Of a stretch of 64,000 nucleotides of DNA, positions 36,212 through 49,677 are shown piece by piece. The position numbers were made by a program, and so were the translations under genes. Location of the stretch: contig PEKW01000005.1 of the NCBI GenBank assembly GCA_002796995.1, forward strand, positions 512,892-576,891, written 5' to 3'. Numbering within the stretch: the first letter of the stretch is position 1; each line of letters opens with the position of its first letter. The notes beneath the pieces are model-generated. The model saw only the letters and a program-made list of their open reading frames with translations. It was not told where the DNA came from and made no database searches. This stretch comes from Rhizobium sp. (GTDB taxonomy: Bacteria; Pseudomonadota; Alphaproteobacteria; Rhizobiales; Rhizobiaceae).

Positions 36212-37696
36212 TCAGGCCGGCGGGCGCCGATCCTTCCAGGGCCTAGCCTGTTCCAGCTCGCCCGCAAGGCTGAACAAGGTCACCTCGTCGGCGAAGCGGC
36301 CGACGAAATGCATGCCGATCGGCAGCCCCTCGGGTGACCAGTTCAGCGGCACGGACATGGCCGGCTGGCCGGTGACGTTGAATACCGGCGTCCAGGGAAT
36401 GAACTCGAAGGTCTGGGCGGCGAGCTGGTTGGCGATGCCAAGCTTCTTCAGCAGCGAGCCGCCGTGGATATGCCCCATGAAGCGGATCAGCTTCTTCTCG
36501 ATCGGTTTCGGCTGGAGCGCGCCGATCTTCACCGGCAGGCTGGAGAGGACCGGCGTCATCAGCACGTCGTGGGTCTCGAAGAAGCCGAGAACGGACCGCG
36601 CCGAGAGCTTCAGGTAGCGCAGCGCCGCAGCCAGTTCGGCGGCGGAGAAAGCCTGGCCGAGCAGGCCGAGGCCGAACGAGGACGCATCGAAATCCTCCGG
36701 CCGCACCCGCACCCCGCTCAATTCGGCGATGAACTCGATGTCGGCGCGCAGTTCGGCGGCAAGCACCGTGAGGAAGGCGAGCGAGAACCGCTCGCGCTCG
36801 ACCGGGGGCGCCGCCTCCACCACCTCATGCCCCATTCCTTCGAGCAGGCCAACCGTCTCGGCAAAGGCCGCGCGAACCTCGGGCGCGACCGCCTTGCCGA
36901 GCATGGGCTCGCAGGAGACCGCGATCCGCAGGCGCTTCGGCGCGCGGCCGACCGCCTCGAGCCACGAGCCGCGAAACTCCGGCAGCGGATGCGGATTGCC
37001 GATGTCCGGCCCATGGGTGGCGTCCAGCATGGCGGCCGAATCGCGCACCGAGCGGGTCAGCACGTGCTCGCCGGCAAAGCCCGACCAGGCCTCGCCGATG
37101 AAGGGGCCGACCGGTGTTCTGCCGCGCGTCGGCTTCATGCCGAACAGGCCGCACGCGGAAGCCGGGATGCGGATCGAGCCGCCGCCGTCGCCCCCGGAGG
37201 CGAGCGGCACCATGCCCGAGGCAACCGCCGCCGCCGAACCGCCGGACGAGCCGCCCGGCGTACGCGTCAGGTCCCAGGGGTTGCGGGTCGGGCCAAAGGT
37301 ATCCGGCTCGGTATAGGGTGTCAGGCCGAATTCGGGCGTATTGGTCTTGCCGAGGATGATCAATCCCGCCCGTTTCCAGCGCTTGACCAGTTCGTTGTCG
37401 CCGGAGGCCGGGATCTTCGCCCAGAGATGGTTACCCTGCGAGGTCGGGATGCCGGCCACCTGCGAGAGCAGGTCCTTGAGCAGGAAGGGCACGCCGGCAA
37501 ACGGGCCGTCGCCGAGCGGCCCCGCTGCCGCCTTCCGCGCCTCGTCGAACATCGGCCGGATCACCGCGTTGAGCGGTGGATTGAGCCGCTCGATCGCGGC
37601 GATCGCGGTCTCCACCAGCTCCGGCGCGCTGACTTCGCCGCGCCGGACCAGGTCGGCGAGCCCCAATCCGTCATGTTCAAAATAGGAAGAATACAT
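36212..37696 (-). CDS. Amidase signature family protein
   Basis: GVPFLLKDL, GGSSGGSAAAV, GGDGGGSIRIPAS. Confidence 0.94.
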   Translation of the reverse strand: MYSSYFEHDGLGLADLVRRGEVSAPELVETAIAAIERLNPPLNAVIRPMFDEARKAAAGPLGDGPFAGVPFLLKDLLSQVAGIPTSQGNHLWAKIPASGDNELVKRWKRAGLIILGKTNTPEFGLTPYTEPDTFGPTRNPWDLTRTPGGSSGGSAAAVASGMVPLASGGDGGGSIRIPASACGLFGMKPTRGRTPVGPFIGEAWSGFAGEHVLTRSVRDSAAMLDATHGPDIGNPHPLPEFRGSWLEAVGRAPKRLRIAVSCEPMLGKAVAPEVRAAFAETVGLLEGMGHEVVEAAPPVERERFSLAFLTVLAAELRADIEFIAELSGVRVRPEDFDASSFGLGLLGQAFSAAELAAALRYLKLSARSVLGFFETHDVLMTPVLSSLPVKIGALQPKPIEKKLIRFMGHIHGGSLLKKLGIANQLAAQTFEFIPWTPVFNVTGQPAMSVPLNWSPEGLPIGMHFVGRFADEVTLFSLAGELEQARPWKDRRPPA

Positions 37697-37914
37697 CCCA
37701 TACCCCCGCTTTTTACCCAAACTAGCAGGTCAAACCCCGCGGACAACGCAATAAATCGAGTAAAGCGCCGAAACGGCACGCAGATCGGCCGTGCTTAAAC
37801 ACCTGCTTAACCACGAAAAGTCTAATCTGGCCCGGCCGCGCTGAACACCGCGCGGTCGCCTGCCGGTTCGCGCTGTGGACCGAGGGTTCAGTAACTTGCT
37901 CGGAGGGGGCATTC

Positions 37915-40263
37915 ATGCTTTTCAAATCGGCCACAAGCCGCAACATATTCTCGGCGGTCGCGCTCGGCGTCGTGACGACGATCGGCGTGGCAGCCACGCT
38001 AGTCACGATTTCGTACGACAATATCCGCACCGCGAGCCTCAACGAAATGCGCGCAGCCGCGCAGCAGGCCGCAGCCGAGATCAATGCGGGTCTGCGCGAC
38101 GGGCACAGAATGGTCAGCGGCCTCGAAGCGGCGATCACTTCGCTGCGCGAATCCGGCTCGGCGACCCGCGAGAATACCGTGGCCGTGATGCACAAGACGC
38201 TCGAAGGTTATCCGGGCGCGATCGGGCTTTCGACCGGCTGGGAACCCAACGCCTTCGACGGCAAGGATGCGGACTTTGTCGGCAAGCCTTACCATGACGC
38301 GAGCGGCCGCTTCGTGCCTTACGTGTTCCGCGCGGGCAGCGACATCAAGGTCGAGGTTCTCGTCGACTACGACAAGCCGGGCGCCGGCGATTATTACCAG
38401 CTGCCGGTGAAGACCGGCAAACCGGTCCTCATGGAGCCTTACGTCTATCCGGTGAACGGCAAGGACGTGCTGATGACCACCTTGTCGCTGCCGACCCGCG
38501 TCAATGGTGCGGTCGTCGGCTATGTCGGCGCCGACATCGACCTCGACAAGACGGCCGCCGACCTTGCCGCCAAACGTCCGCTGGGCGACGGTTACATCGC
38601 GCTTCTCTCTTCCGCCAATGCTTTCGTCAGCCACCCGGACAAGGCTGTGATGGGCAAGGCGCTCAAGGAAAGCGGCGTCGACGCCGCAGCCTGGGAGCGC
38701 GCCCTGGCCAAGCCCGGCGAGGCCCAGACCATCGTTCGGCCCGACGGCACCGAAGACCTTGCCATGGCGCTGCCGATCGTGCCGTTTGAAGGCGCCGTGT
38801 GGAACGTCGTCGTCTCGGTCCCGAGCGCCACGGTCTATGCGAGCCTGACGAAGATCGTGTGGAACTCCGCAGCGATCATCGGCCTTGCCGCAGTCCTTCT
38901 GGTCGTCGCCGGCTGGCTGCTCGCCCGTGGCTTCATCGGCCGCATCAACCGCGTGATCCACCAGACCACGCAGATCGCCGAAGGCCGCCTCGACGTCGAG
39001 CTGACCGACCGCGAAAAGTCCGACGAACTGGGCGACCTTTCCCGCTCGCTGCAGATCCTGCTGGAGAACAACCGCCGCAAGGTTCAGCTCGAGAACGAAG
39101 CCGAAGCCCACCGCGTGCAGGAAGAAATCGAGCGCAACGAACGCTCCAAGGGCCACCACGCCCGCGAGGAGGAGATCCGCTTCGTGGTCGGCGAACTCGG
39201 CAACGGCCTTGCCCGCCTGTCCGACGGCGACATGACGGTTCGCCTCGAACAGCCGTTCAGCGGCGCCCTCGATTCCATCCGTGGCAATTTCAACGAGTCG
39301 GTCGAGAAGCTCCAGGCCGCGATGCTCTCTTTCCGCGAGAACGCCTCGACCATCCAGAACGGCTCGAACGAGATTCGCTCCGCCGCCGACGACCTCGCCC
39401 GCCGCACGGAGCAGCAGGCTGCTTCCGTCGAGCAGACGGCCGCGGCACTGGCCGAGATCACCCGGTCGGTCCACGAATCGACCCAGCGTGCCGAAGACGC
39501 CGGCCTTCAGGTCAGCCGCACCAAGGAAGGTGCCGAGCGCTCGGGCGAAGTGGTCCGCACCGCCGTCGACGCCATGAGCGCGATCGAGCAGTCGTCGCAG
39601 TCGATCTCCAACATCATCGGCGTGATCGACGAAATCGCCTTCCAGACCAACCTGCTGGCTTTGAACGCTGGCGTCGAAGCGGCGCGCGCCGGTGAAGCCG
39701 GCAAGGGCTTTGCCGTCGTCGCACAGGAGGTGCGCGAGCTTGCCCAGCGGTCCGCCAATGCCGCCAAGGAAATCAAGGCGCTGATCACCGCCTCGGGCGA
39801 GCAGGTACGCAACGGCGTCTCGCTGGTCGGCCAGACCGGCGAAGCGCTGCAGGCAATCGTCTCCGAGGTCCAGCAGATCAACACCAACGTCCAGGCGATC
39901 GTGCTGGCCGCCCGCGACCAGTCGACGGGGCTGAGCGAGATCAACTCGGCCGTCAACATCATGGACCAGGGCACGCAGAAGAACGCCGCCATGGTCGAGG
40001 AAACCAACGCTGCCTCGCATACGCTGGTGTCGGAAGTCTCGGCCCTTTCGGCCCGTCTCGACCAGTTCAACCTCGGCAATGGCCGCGGCACCGGCGCCCC
40101 GATGCGGACGGCATCCGCCGCAAGCGCCCCGGCCCGGCCGGTCGCGGCAAGCCCCACCCGCTCCGCACCGGTCGCCTCCCCGGCCCGCGCCCTCGGCAAC
40201 CGGCTCGCTGCCGCGATCGGCGCCAAGCCCGCGCCGGCCAGCAGCGACTGGGAAGAGTTCTGA
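37915..40263 (+). CDS. Methyl-accepting chemotaxis protein with periplasmic Cache domain and HAMP
   Basis: Two TM segments; YYQLP...MEPYVY Cache-like motif; [30 protein letters not shown]. Confidence 0.96.
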   Translation: MLFKSATSRNIFSAVALGVVTTIGVAATLVTISYDNIRTASLNEMRAAAQQAAAEINAGLRDGHRMVSGLEAAITSLRESGSATRENTVAVMHKTLEGYPGAIGLSTGWEPNAFDGKDADFVGKPYHDASGRFVPYVFRAGSDIKVEVLVDYDKPGAGDYYQLPVKTGKPVLMEPYVYPVNGKDVLMTTLSLPTRVNGAVVGYVGADIDLDKTAADLAAKRPLGDGYIALLSSANAFVSHPDKAVMGKALKESGVDAAAWERALAKPGEAQTIVRPDGTEDLAMALPIVPFEGAVWNVVVSVPSATVYASLTKIVWNSAAIIGLAAVLLVVAGWLLARGFIGRINRVIHQTTQIAEGRLDVELTDREKSDELGDLSRSLQILLENNRRKVQLENEAEAHRVQEEIERNERSKGHHAREEEIRFVVGELGNGLARLSDGDMTVRLEQPFSGALDSIRGNFNESVEKLQAAMLSFRENASTIQNGSNEIRSAADDLARRTEQQAASVEQTAAALAEITRSVHESTQRAEDAGLQVSRTKEGAERSGEVVRTAVDAMSAIEQSSQSISNIIGVIDEIAFQTNLLALNAGVEAARAGEAGKGFAVVAQEVRELAQRSANAAKEIKALITASGEQVRNGVSLVGQTGEALQAIVSEVQQINTNVQAIVLAARDQSTGLSEINSAVNIMDQGTQKNAAMVEETNAASHTLVSEVSALSARLDQFNLGNGRGTGAPMRTASAASAPARPVAASPTRSAPVASPARALGNRLAAAIGAKPAPASSDWEEF

Positions 40264-40290
40264 GCGTCAGGGACGGTACACCGAAACTGC

Positions 40291-40319
40291 AAATGGCGGG
40301 CCGCGAGCCCGCCATTTTT
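40291..40319. terminator. Bidirectional intrinsic terminator
   Basis: aaatggcgggc-cgcga-gcccgccattttt. Confidence 0.8.
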
Positions 40320-40337
40320 CGTTTTGCGGGCCTGCGG

Positions 40338-41321
40338 TCAGCGGGCCTTGAAGGTCGGAAGCGGCAGGGCGACCGAGACCTTGCCGATCAGGGTGCTGCG
40401 CTGGATGGCGGCCACGGCAAGCAGCGCGAGCAAGGCCAGAACCATGCCGGCGAGCACGTCGATCAGATAGTGCCCGCCATGGGTCAGCGTCGAGACGACC
40501 ATCAACACGTTCAGCACCAGGACCGGATAACGCAGCAGGACATGGCTCGAGGCCGCCGCCGCGCACAAGATGGCGACCGCGGTATGCAGCGAGGGAAAGG
40601 TCAGGATGCCCTGGGCGGTCGCCACCGACAGCACGAAGGTCGCCTGGTCCCTGACCGCATGGAATTCGTTCAGGAATGCATAGCCGAAATGGAGGTTCAC
40701 CGATGAGAGCGCCTGCGATGCGATGCCGTAGGTCACATGGGCGCCAAGCGCCGGAAACCACACCGAGATCGCGCTCGCGGCGAAACCGGCCATGCCGTAG
40801 CTCAGAACCAGGGTGAAGGCAGGGCCAGGCTGGCTGAGCAGGATCAGCAGTATCGGAAGCACCAGCAGCTGCGGCGCAAAGGACGCATAGGAATACATCA
40901 GCAGCCAGCTGAGCACCGGCACGCCGTCGACCCATTTGACGAGCGCGAGGCCGTCGAAACCGAGCCAGCGATCCAGCCGCGCGAGAAACGGGTCGGCCAG
41001 AGGATAATCGGTCGAAATGGCCAGATAGGATGAAATCAGGACCAGGAGCGAAAGTGCGATCCCGCAGGCCAGGATCTCGATCAACAGCGAGGCGGTCTTC
41101 AGGCCCCGCATTCTGGTGAGCAGCGCACCGAAGACCAGCAAAACCAGCGTCGCGGCTGCGGGCGCGAAAGAGCGGTCGTCGATCACGATCTTCGATGCAG
41201 CGAGCAGCGCCAGAACGCCGGCGGCACCGATCAGGACCATGCCGATAAGGGCCAGCCGAAAATTGGTCACTCCGTCAGATGCCACCCTCGCCCCCTCACC
41301 GAGACACGCCATCAGACTCAT
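40338..41321 (-). CDS. PAP2-superfamily membrane protein (PAP2_3/IPC-synthase-like)
   Basis: LARLDRWLGFD; TFPSLHTA; HGGHYLIDVLAG; multiple TM segments. Confidence 0.85.
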   Translation of the reverse strand: MSLMACLGEGARVASDGVTNFRLALIGMVLIGAAGVLALLAASKIVIDDRSFAPAAATLVLLVFGALLTRMRGLKTASLLIEILACGIALSLLVLISSYLAISTDYPLADPFLARLDRWLGFDGLALVKWVDGVPVLSWLLMYSYASFAPQLLVLPILLILLSQPGPAFTLVLSYGMAGFAASAISVWFPALGAHVTYGIASQALSSVNLHFGYAFLNEFHAVRDQATFVLSVATAQGILTFPSLHTAVAILCAAAASSHVLLRYPVLVLNVLMVVSTLTHGGHYLIDVLAGMVLALLALLAVAAIQRSTLIGKVSVALPLPTFKAR

Positions 41322-41556
41322 GCCCGTTTTGCATTAAGATTCGGTTGGCCGCGCAGCCGGTTCGGCGGTTCGCCCGCCTGTGAAGCTAGCCCTCGGAGGA
41401 TCTCGGAATTTTCCTGCCGAATGTGTAATTTCGGGGTTCCGCTCCGGTCAACATTTCCCTATAAGCCGCTTCTAGCCTTAAAAGACCTCGTTTGCGCCCC
41501 GGCCGGTGAATTCACCCTGGCTGGCCTTTCGCGCAACTGAAAATTGGAAGACGCCG

Positions 41557-45039
<3,483 letters not shown>

Positions 45040-45047
45040 GAGAGCCC

Positions 45048-45232
45048 ATGAACAAGCCGCTCCGCTTCACCGCTCATTCGCAGACGGTGATTTCGGAGCG
45101 GCAGTTCGGCACACCGTGACTGATTGGCGATAGGCACAGGGTCCGGCCTTCGGGACAATTTGCCTGGAAACCGAAGAAGGAATCCGTATCATCACGGCGT
45201 TCCTCGATCGGAAAGCACGGATGCCGCAATGA
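45048..45232 (+). pseudogene. DUF4258-like toxin remnant
   Basis: N-terminal MNKPLRFTAHSQTVISERQ then a stop; a different frame gives CLETEEGIRIITAFLDRKARMPQ*, whose stop overlaps the DUF2283 ATG (ATGA). Confidence 0.65.
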
Positions 45233-45423
45233 AGCCGAAGCTCGAATACGATCCAGCGGCAGATGCCGCCTATATCCGCTTTTCCAGCGAGCCCGTGCTC
45301 GAATCCGAGGAAGTATCGCAGGGCATCGTCCTGGATTACGATCGCGACGGACACATCGTCGGTATGGAAGTCCTCAACGCCCGCACCAACCTGCCGCCTG
45401 CCGTGCTCGACGACGCGGCCTGA
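45229..45423 (+). CDS. DUF2283 domain protein (putative antitoxin)
   Basis: LEYDPAADAAYIRF...SEEVSQGIVLDYDRDGHIVGMEVLNA. Confidence 0.88.
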   Translation: MKPKLEYDPAADAAYIRFSSEPVLESEEVSQGIVLDYDRDGHIVGMEVLNARTNLPPAVLDDAA

Positions 45424-45497
45424 GCCTTTCCATCTCCCTTGAGCAGATATCCATAGGAATCCTGAACGCCAGGCGTTGACAGACTTTTTCTCCTCCT

Positions 45498-45537
45498 TTA
45501 TTTAGCCATTCAGTTAATTAACCGATGAGCTAAATAA
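45498..45537. promoter_or_regulatory. Nested palindromic operator overlapping the arsR start
   Basis: TTATTTAGC...GTTAATTAAC...GCTAAATAA; both dyads centred at 45517.5. Confidence 0.7.
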
Positions 45538-45890
45538 TGTCTCTCGACCCCCTCTCCGATACGCTCTCCGCGCTCGCCGACCCCACACGCCGGGCGATCC
45601 TGGCGCGGCTGGCGCACGGCGAGGCGACGGTCAACGAACTGGCCGAGCCCTTCGCCATGAGCCTTCCGGCGGTTTCCAAGCACCTGAAGGTGTTGGAGCG
45701 GGCCAAGCTGATCTCGCGAAGCCGCACCGCCCAGTGGCGCCCCTGCCGGCTGGAACCGGAGCCACTGCAGAAGCTGGACAGTTGGCTCGAGGAATACCGC
45801 GATCTCTGGGAGCACCGCTTCGACCGACTGGAAACCTATCTCGAAACCATCAAGCACGACGCTGACAAGAAAGGCGACGATCATGAGTGA
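45537..45890 (+). CDS. ArsR/SmtB family regulator
   Basis: ALADPTRRAILARL...SLPAVSKHLKVLERAKLI. Confidence 0.93.
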   Translation: MSLDPLSDTLSALADPTRRAILARLAHGEATVNELAEPFAMSLPAVSKHLKVLERAKLISRSRTAQWRPCRLEPEPLQKLDSWLEEYRDLWEHRFDRLETYLETIKHDADKKGDDHE

Positions 45891-46329
45891 CAAGCTTGAA
45901 ATCCTGAACACGCGTCTGCTTGCGGCGAGCCCCCGGGCGGTGTTCGATGCCTTCGCCGAGCCCGACCAACTGAGGCACTGGTGGGGTCCCCACGGCTTCA
46001 CCAATACCGTCCCCGAATTCGACTTCAGGCCGGGCGGCAAGTGGCGGATCGTCATGACGGCCTCCAACGGCACCGATTTCGACAACCACGCCACGTTCGA
46101 GGAGATCGTCGTGCCGGAGCGGATCAGCTACGTGCACCACCTGCCCATGCACGTCTTCACCATGACCATGACCTTCGACGAGGAGGCGGACGGCACGCGG
46201 CTCACCTGGCGCATGCTGTTCGAGCCCACCGAAGAAAACCTGCAGCTGGAGAAATTCCTGGCGGCGGCCAACGAGCAGAACTTCGACCGCCTGGAAGACC
46301 ACCTTGAAAACAAGACCGGGAAGGCTTGA
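45883..46329 (+). CDS. SRPBCC/AHSA1 family protein
   Basis: VFDAFAEPDQLRHWWGPHGF, FDFRPGGKW. Confidence 0.9.
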   Translation: MSDKLEILNTRLLAASPRAVFDAFAEPDQLRHWWGPHGFTNTVPEFDFRPGGKWRIVMTASNGTDFDNHATFEEIVVPERISYVHHLPMHVFTMTMTFDEEADGTRLTWRMLFEPTEENLQLEKFLAAANEQNFDRLEDHLENKTGKA

Positions 46330-46796
46330 CCATGACAGTCCACGCAGATCCGAACAGAACCCTCTCCGTCTCGCGCCTCGTCGGCGCTCCTCCCGAACTC
46401 GTCTTCAGGATGTTTTCCGAGGCTCGGCATCTCGACGCCTGGTGGGGGCCGGACGGTTTCACCAACGAGACCCATGAAATGGATTTCTCCGTCGGCGGCG
46501 TGTGGCGCTACACGATGCATGGCCCGGACGGCAAGGCCTGGCCGAACTGGATCCGCTACCGCGAGATCAGCCCGCCGACGCGCCTCTTCTATGATCACGG
46601 CGGCGAGATCGGCGAGCCCGCCCATTTCGAGGGCGAGATCCGCTTCGAGGCGGAAGGCGACAAGACCCGCGTGACGCTGACCCTCGTCTTCCCCACGCCC
46701 GAGGCGCGCAATGCGACGCTGAAGTTCGGCGCGGTCGAGGGCGGCAACCAGACGCTCGCCAAGCTCGACGCCTATCTCAGCACGCAGACCGGCTGA
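46326..46796 (+). CDS. SRPBCC/AHSA1 family protein
   Basis: LDAWWGPDGF, MDFSVGGVWRYTMHGPDG, GGNQTLAKL. Confidence 0.9.
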   Translation: MTMTVHADPNRTLSVSRLVGAPPELVFRMFSEARHLDAWWGPDGFTNETHEMDFSVGGVWRYTMHGPDGKAWPNWIRYREISPPTRLFYDHGGEIGEPAHFEGEIRFEAEGDKTRVTLTLVFPTPEARNATLKFGAVEGGNQTLAKLDAYLSTQTG

Positions 46797-46888
46797 ACCA
46801 CCGGGAGTTGCGGCCGGACGAAATTGACACTTGCCAAGGCGGAGAATTCGCGAAATTCTCCGCCGGATTTTTTCGAGGACACGAGGTC

Positions 46889-48427
46889 ATGACCGAATCT
46901 TTGCCCATTGCAGCGCGGGCGACCAGCCGCGAATGGATCGGACTGTTCGTCCTTTCCATCGCCTGCCTGGTCTATTCCATGGACCTCTCCGTCCTGTTTC
47001 TCGCCATGCCCGCGATCACCGCCGATCTGGCGCCGTCGGCCGCCGAGCTCCTCTGGATCAACGACATCTACGGGTTCATGGTCGCCGGCTTCCTGGTGAC
47101 GATGGGTACTCTCGGCGACCGGGTCGGGAGGCGCCGGATCCTGATGATCGGCGCTGCCGCCTTCGGTCTGGCCTCGCTCTTCGCCGCCTTTGCCACGACG
47201 GCGTCGATGCTCATCTTTGCCCGCGCCCTGCTCGGCATCGCCGGAGCCACCATCGCCCCCTCCACGCTCTCGCTGGTCGTCAACCTGTTCTCTGACGAAT
47301 CCGAGCGTAACCGGGCCATCGGCATCTGGGGCACGGCCTTTGCCCTTGGTGGTCTGATCGGACCTCTACTCGGCGGCGTCCTGCTGGAGTTCTTCCACTG
47401 GGGATCGGTGTTCCTGATCAACGTCCCGGTCATGCTGGCGCTGGTCGTCGCCTCCCCCTTCCTGCTGCCGGAATTCCGCAGCGAAGAGTCGGGCCGGATC
47501 GATGTCGCAAGCGTGCTTCTGTCGCTGGCGACCGTCCTGCCGGTCATCTATGGCCTCAAACACATCGCCACGGACGGCTTCGAGCCCATCCACCTGCTGC
47601 CGATAGCGGTCGGCCTCGCTCTGGGCGTCGTGTTCCTCCGCCGCCAGATGCGCCTGCAAGACCCATTGATCGACCTGTCGCTGTTCGCCATCCCCTCCTT
47701 CACCGCATCGCTGCTGGTCAACCTGTTCGGCGTCTTCTTCGTCTTCGGCATCTTCCTGTTCCAGAACCAGTTCCTGCAGCTGGTGCTCGGGCTTTCGCCG
47801 CTGCAGGCCGCGCTCTGGTCGATCGCGCCGAGCCTGGTCTTCACCGTCATGTCGCTCCAGGCCTACCGGATCACCAACCGGCTGGGCCCGGTCCGCACCG
47901 TGTTGCTCGGGCTTGCCGTCAATGCAATCGGCGCGGCCGTCATGGCGATGGCGGCCTATGACCAGAGCCTCTACGGGGTGCTGTTCGCCAGCATGCTGAT
48001 CGGCCTCGGCTTCGTGCCGGTCGTCTTGACCACGACCGGCCTCATCGTCGGCTCCGCCCCGCCGGAGCGTGCCGGCGCAGCCTCGGCGATCTCCGAGACC
48101 AGTGCGGAATTCGGCGGCGCCATGGGCGTTGCCCTGCTCGGAAGCCTCGCCAGCGTCATCTACCGGCTGGCCATGGCCACCACGGACCTCGGCGCCTTGC
48201 CCCCGCCGCTGGCCGAGGCCAGCCGTTCGACGCTTGCCGCCGCCGTCGAGGTCGCTGGCGGCATGAAGGGCGAAGAGACGCCCTGGCTCGGCGTGGCGCG
48301 CGACAGCTTCTCGCTCGGCTTTGCCGTTTCCTGCGCCGTGGCGGCAATCACGCTGGTAGCGCTCGCCCTCCTCGCGCGCAAGGTCTACGGCACGAACCCG
48401 CCGGCAGCGGCAGCCGCCGCCCACTGA
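46889..48427 (+). CDS. MFS drug:H+ antiporter (DHA2, 14 TM)
   Basis: MDLSVLFLAMP, GTLGDRVGRRRIL, WGSVFLINVP. Confidence 0.92.
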   Translation: MTESLPIAARATSREWIGLFVLSIACLVYSMDLSVLFLAMPAITADLAPSAAELLWINDIYGFMVAGFLVTMGTLGDRVGRRRILMIGAAAFGLASLFAAFATTASMLIFARALLGIAGATIAPSTLSLVVNLFSDESERNRAIGIWGTAFALGGLIGPLLGGVLLEFFHWGSVFLINVPVMLALVVASPFLLPEFRSEESGRIDVASVLLSLATVLPVIYGLKHIATDGFEPIHLLPIAVGLALGVVFLRRQMRLQDPLIDLSLFAIPSFTASLLVNLFGVFFVFGIFLFQNQFLQLVLGLSPLQAALWSIAPSLVFTVMSLQAYRITNRLGPVRTVLLGLAVNAIGAAVMAMAAYDQSLYGVLFASMLIGLGFVPVVLTTTGLIVGSAPPERAGAASAISETSAEFGGAMGVALLGSLASVIYRLAMATTDLGALPPPLAEASRSTLAAAVEVAGGMKGEETPWLGVARDSFSLGFAVSCAVAAITLVALALLARKVYGTNPPAAAAAAH

Positions 48428-48515
48428 GACCCCGGCCGAAAGGCTCCAGACCAGACCGCATCGCGGGTGGGCGCGGGGCAAGGCGCTATGATGGGCGCCT
48501 CGCCCAGCCCTGCCT

Positions 48516-49556
48516 TCAGACGGCGGGACCGGTGATCGTGGCGACCACGGGGGCATGGTCGGACGCGATGCCGCGTTCCGGCCCCTCGCGGAAATGCGCA
48601 TCGAACACCTCGACCTTGCTCACCGTGCCCCGACGCCGCGGATTCTTCGGATTGAGGCCGTTCGACAGGATCGCATAGTCGAGCACCGAGCCATGGCCGA
48701 AACTGCTGTGGGTCACCGGCCGGGTATTCAGCTGGGTCGGCACGAGATGCCAGGCATCGTAGAGCTTGTAGACGTGTTTCAGATAGGCGAATTCCTCCGG
48801 GATCGCGTCGCCGGCGACGCTGCCCCAGGAGAACACGCGCTCGCCCTGCGTCAGGATGCCGAGCGTGTGGGATTCGGGATCCTCGTTCATGTCGCCGAGC
48901 AGGATGACGGCCGCTTCAGGATCGACGTCCAGCGTGCGCCTGAATGTACGGTAGAGAGCCCCGGCCTCGGCCGCCCGCTTGGCGACTTGGTCGACCCCTG
49001 CCATGGTCCTCAGCGCATAGTAGCGCTTGATCTTGTCGGCCCAGTCGGCGATCGCATCGATCTCGTCCGGATCGACGAAGGCACCCTGCGACTTCAGATG
49101 GCAGACATAGACCTTGATTTCGCCGATGCCCGGCGCCTGCACGATCGCCTCGACCGGAACGCGGGAGAAGCCGAAGCCCTCGTCGATCACCGTGTCGGCA
49201 GGGATGCCGGCGACACCGGCAAGATCGTTCACGGAAACGAACGGCAGCCGCGAGGCGATCGCCACGGTGGCGTTGACATAGATCTCCGGATCGTCCAGAT
49301 CGAAGATCGCCCGCGCCGCATTGTAGAAGTAGGGATAGCCCGCCGCCTGGGTCAGTACCCTCAGGGCCTCGTCGGACACCACTTCCTGGAAACCGACGAC
49401 ATCGGCGTTCATCTTGGTCAGCATGCCGGAAATCCAGGCGAGCTTCGCTGCCCATTGCTCCGGTGTGTAGATCGCATTCGCCTTGCGCTCGTGCCAGAAG
49501 ATGCCCGGCGCGGCAAAATGGTAGAGATTGAAGGTGGCCACTCTCAGATCAGGCAT
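48516..49556 (-). CDS. Endonuclease/exonuclease/phosphatase (EEP) family protein
   Basis: VATFNL, VVGFQEV, HLKS, LGDMNED, LDY, SDHAPV. Confidence 0.9.
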   Translation of the reverse strand: MPDLRVATFNLYHFAAPGIFWHERKANAIYTPEQWAAKLAWISGMLTKMNADVVGFQEVVSDEALRVLTQAAGYPYFYNAARAIFDLDDPEIYVNATVAIASRLPFVSVNDLAGVAGIPADTVIDEGFGFSRVPVEAIVQAPGIGEIKVYVCHLKSQGAFVDPDEIDAIADWADKIKRYYALRTMAGVDQVAKRAAEAGALYRTFRRTLDVDPEAAVILLGDMNEDPESHTLGILTQGERVFSWGSVAGDAIPEEFAYLKHVYKLYDAWHLVPTQLNTRPVTHSSFGHGSVLDYAILSNGLNPKNPRRRGTVSKVEVFDAHFREGPERGIASDHAPVVATITGPAV

Positions 49557-49677
49557 GTTCCGTCCTCCCCTTGCCCGCAATCCTCGACAGGATGTCGCAA
49601 GACTGCGGCATCCACTTAAAATTGTAAACATGACGGGGTTGTGATAGCGTCCGACCGTCACGGTGATGGGGCAGACC

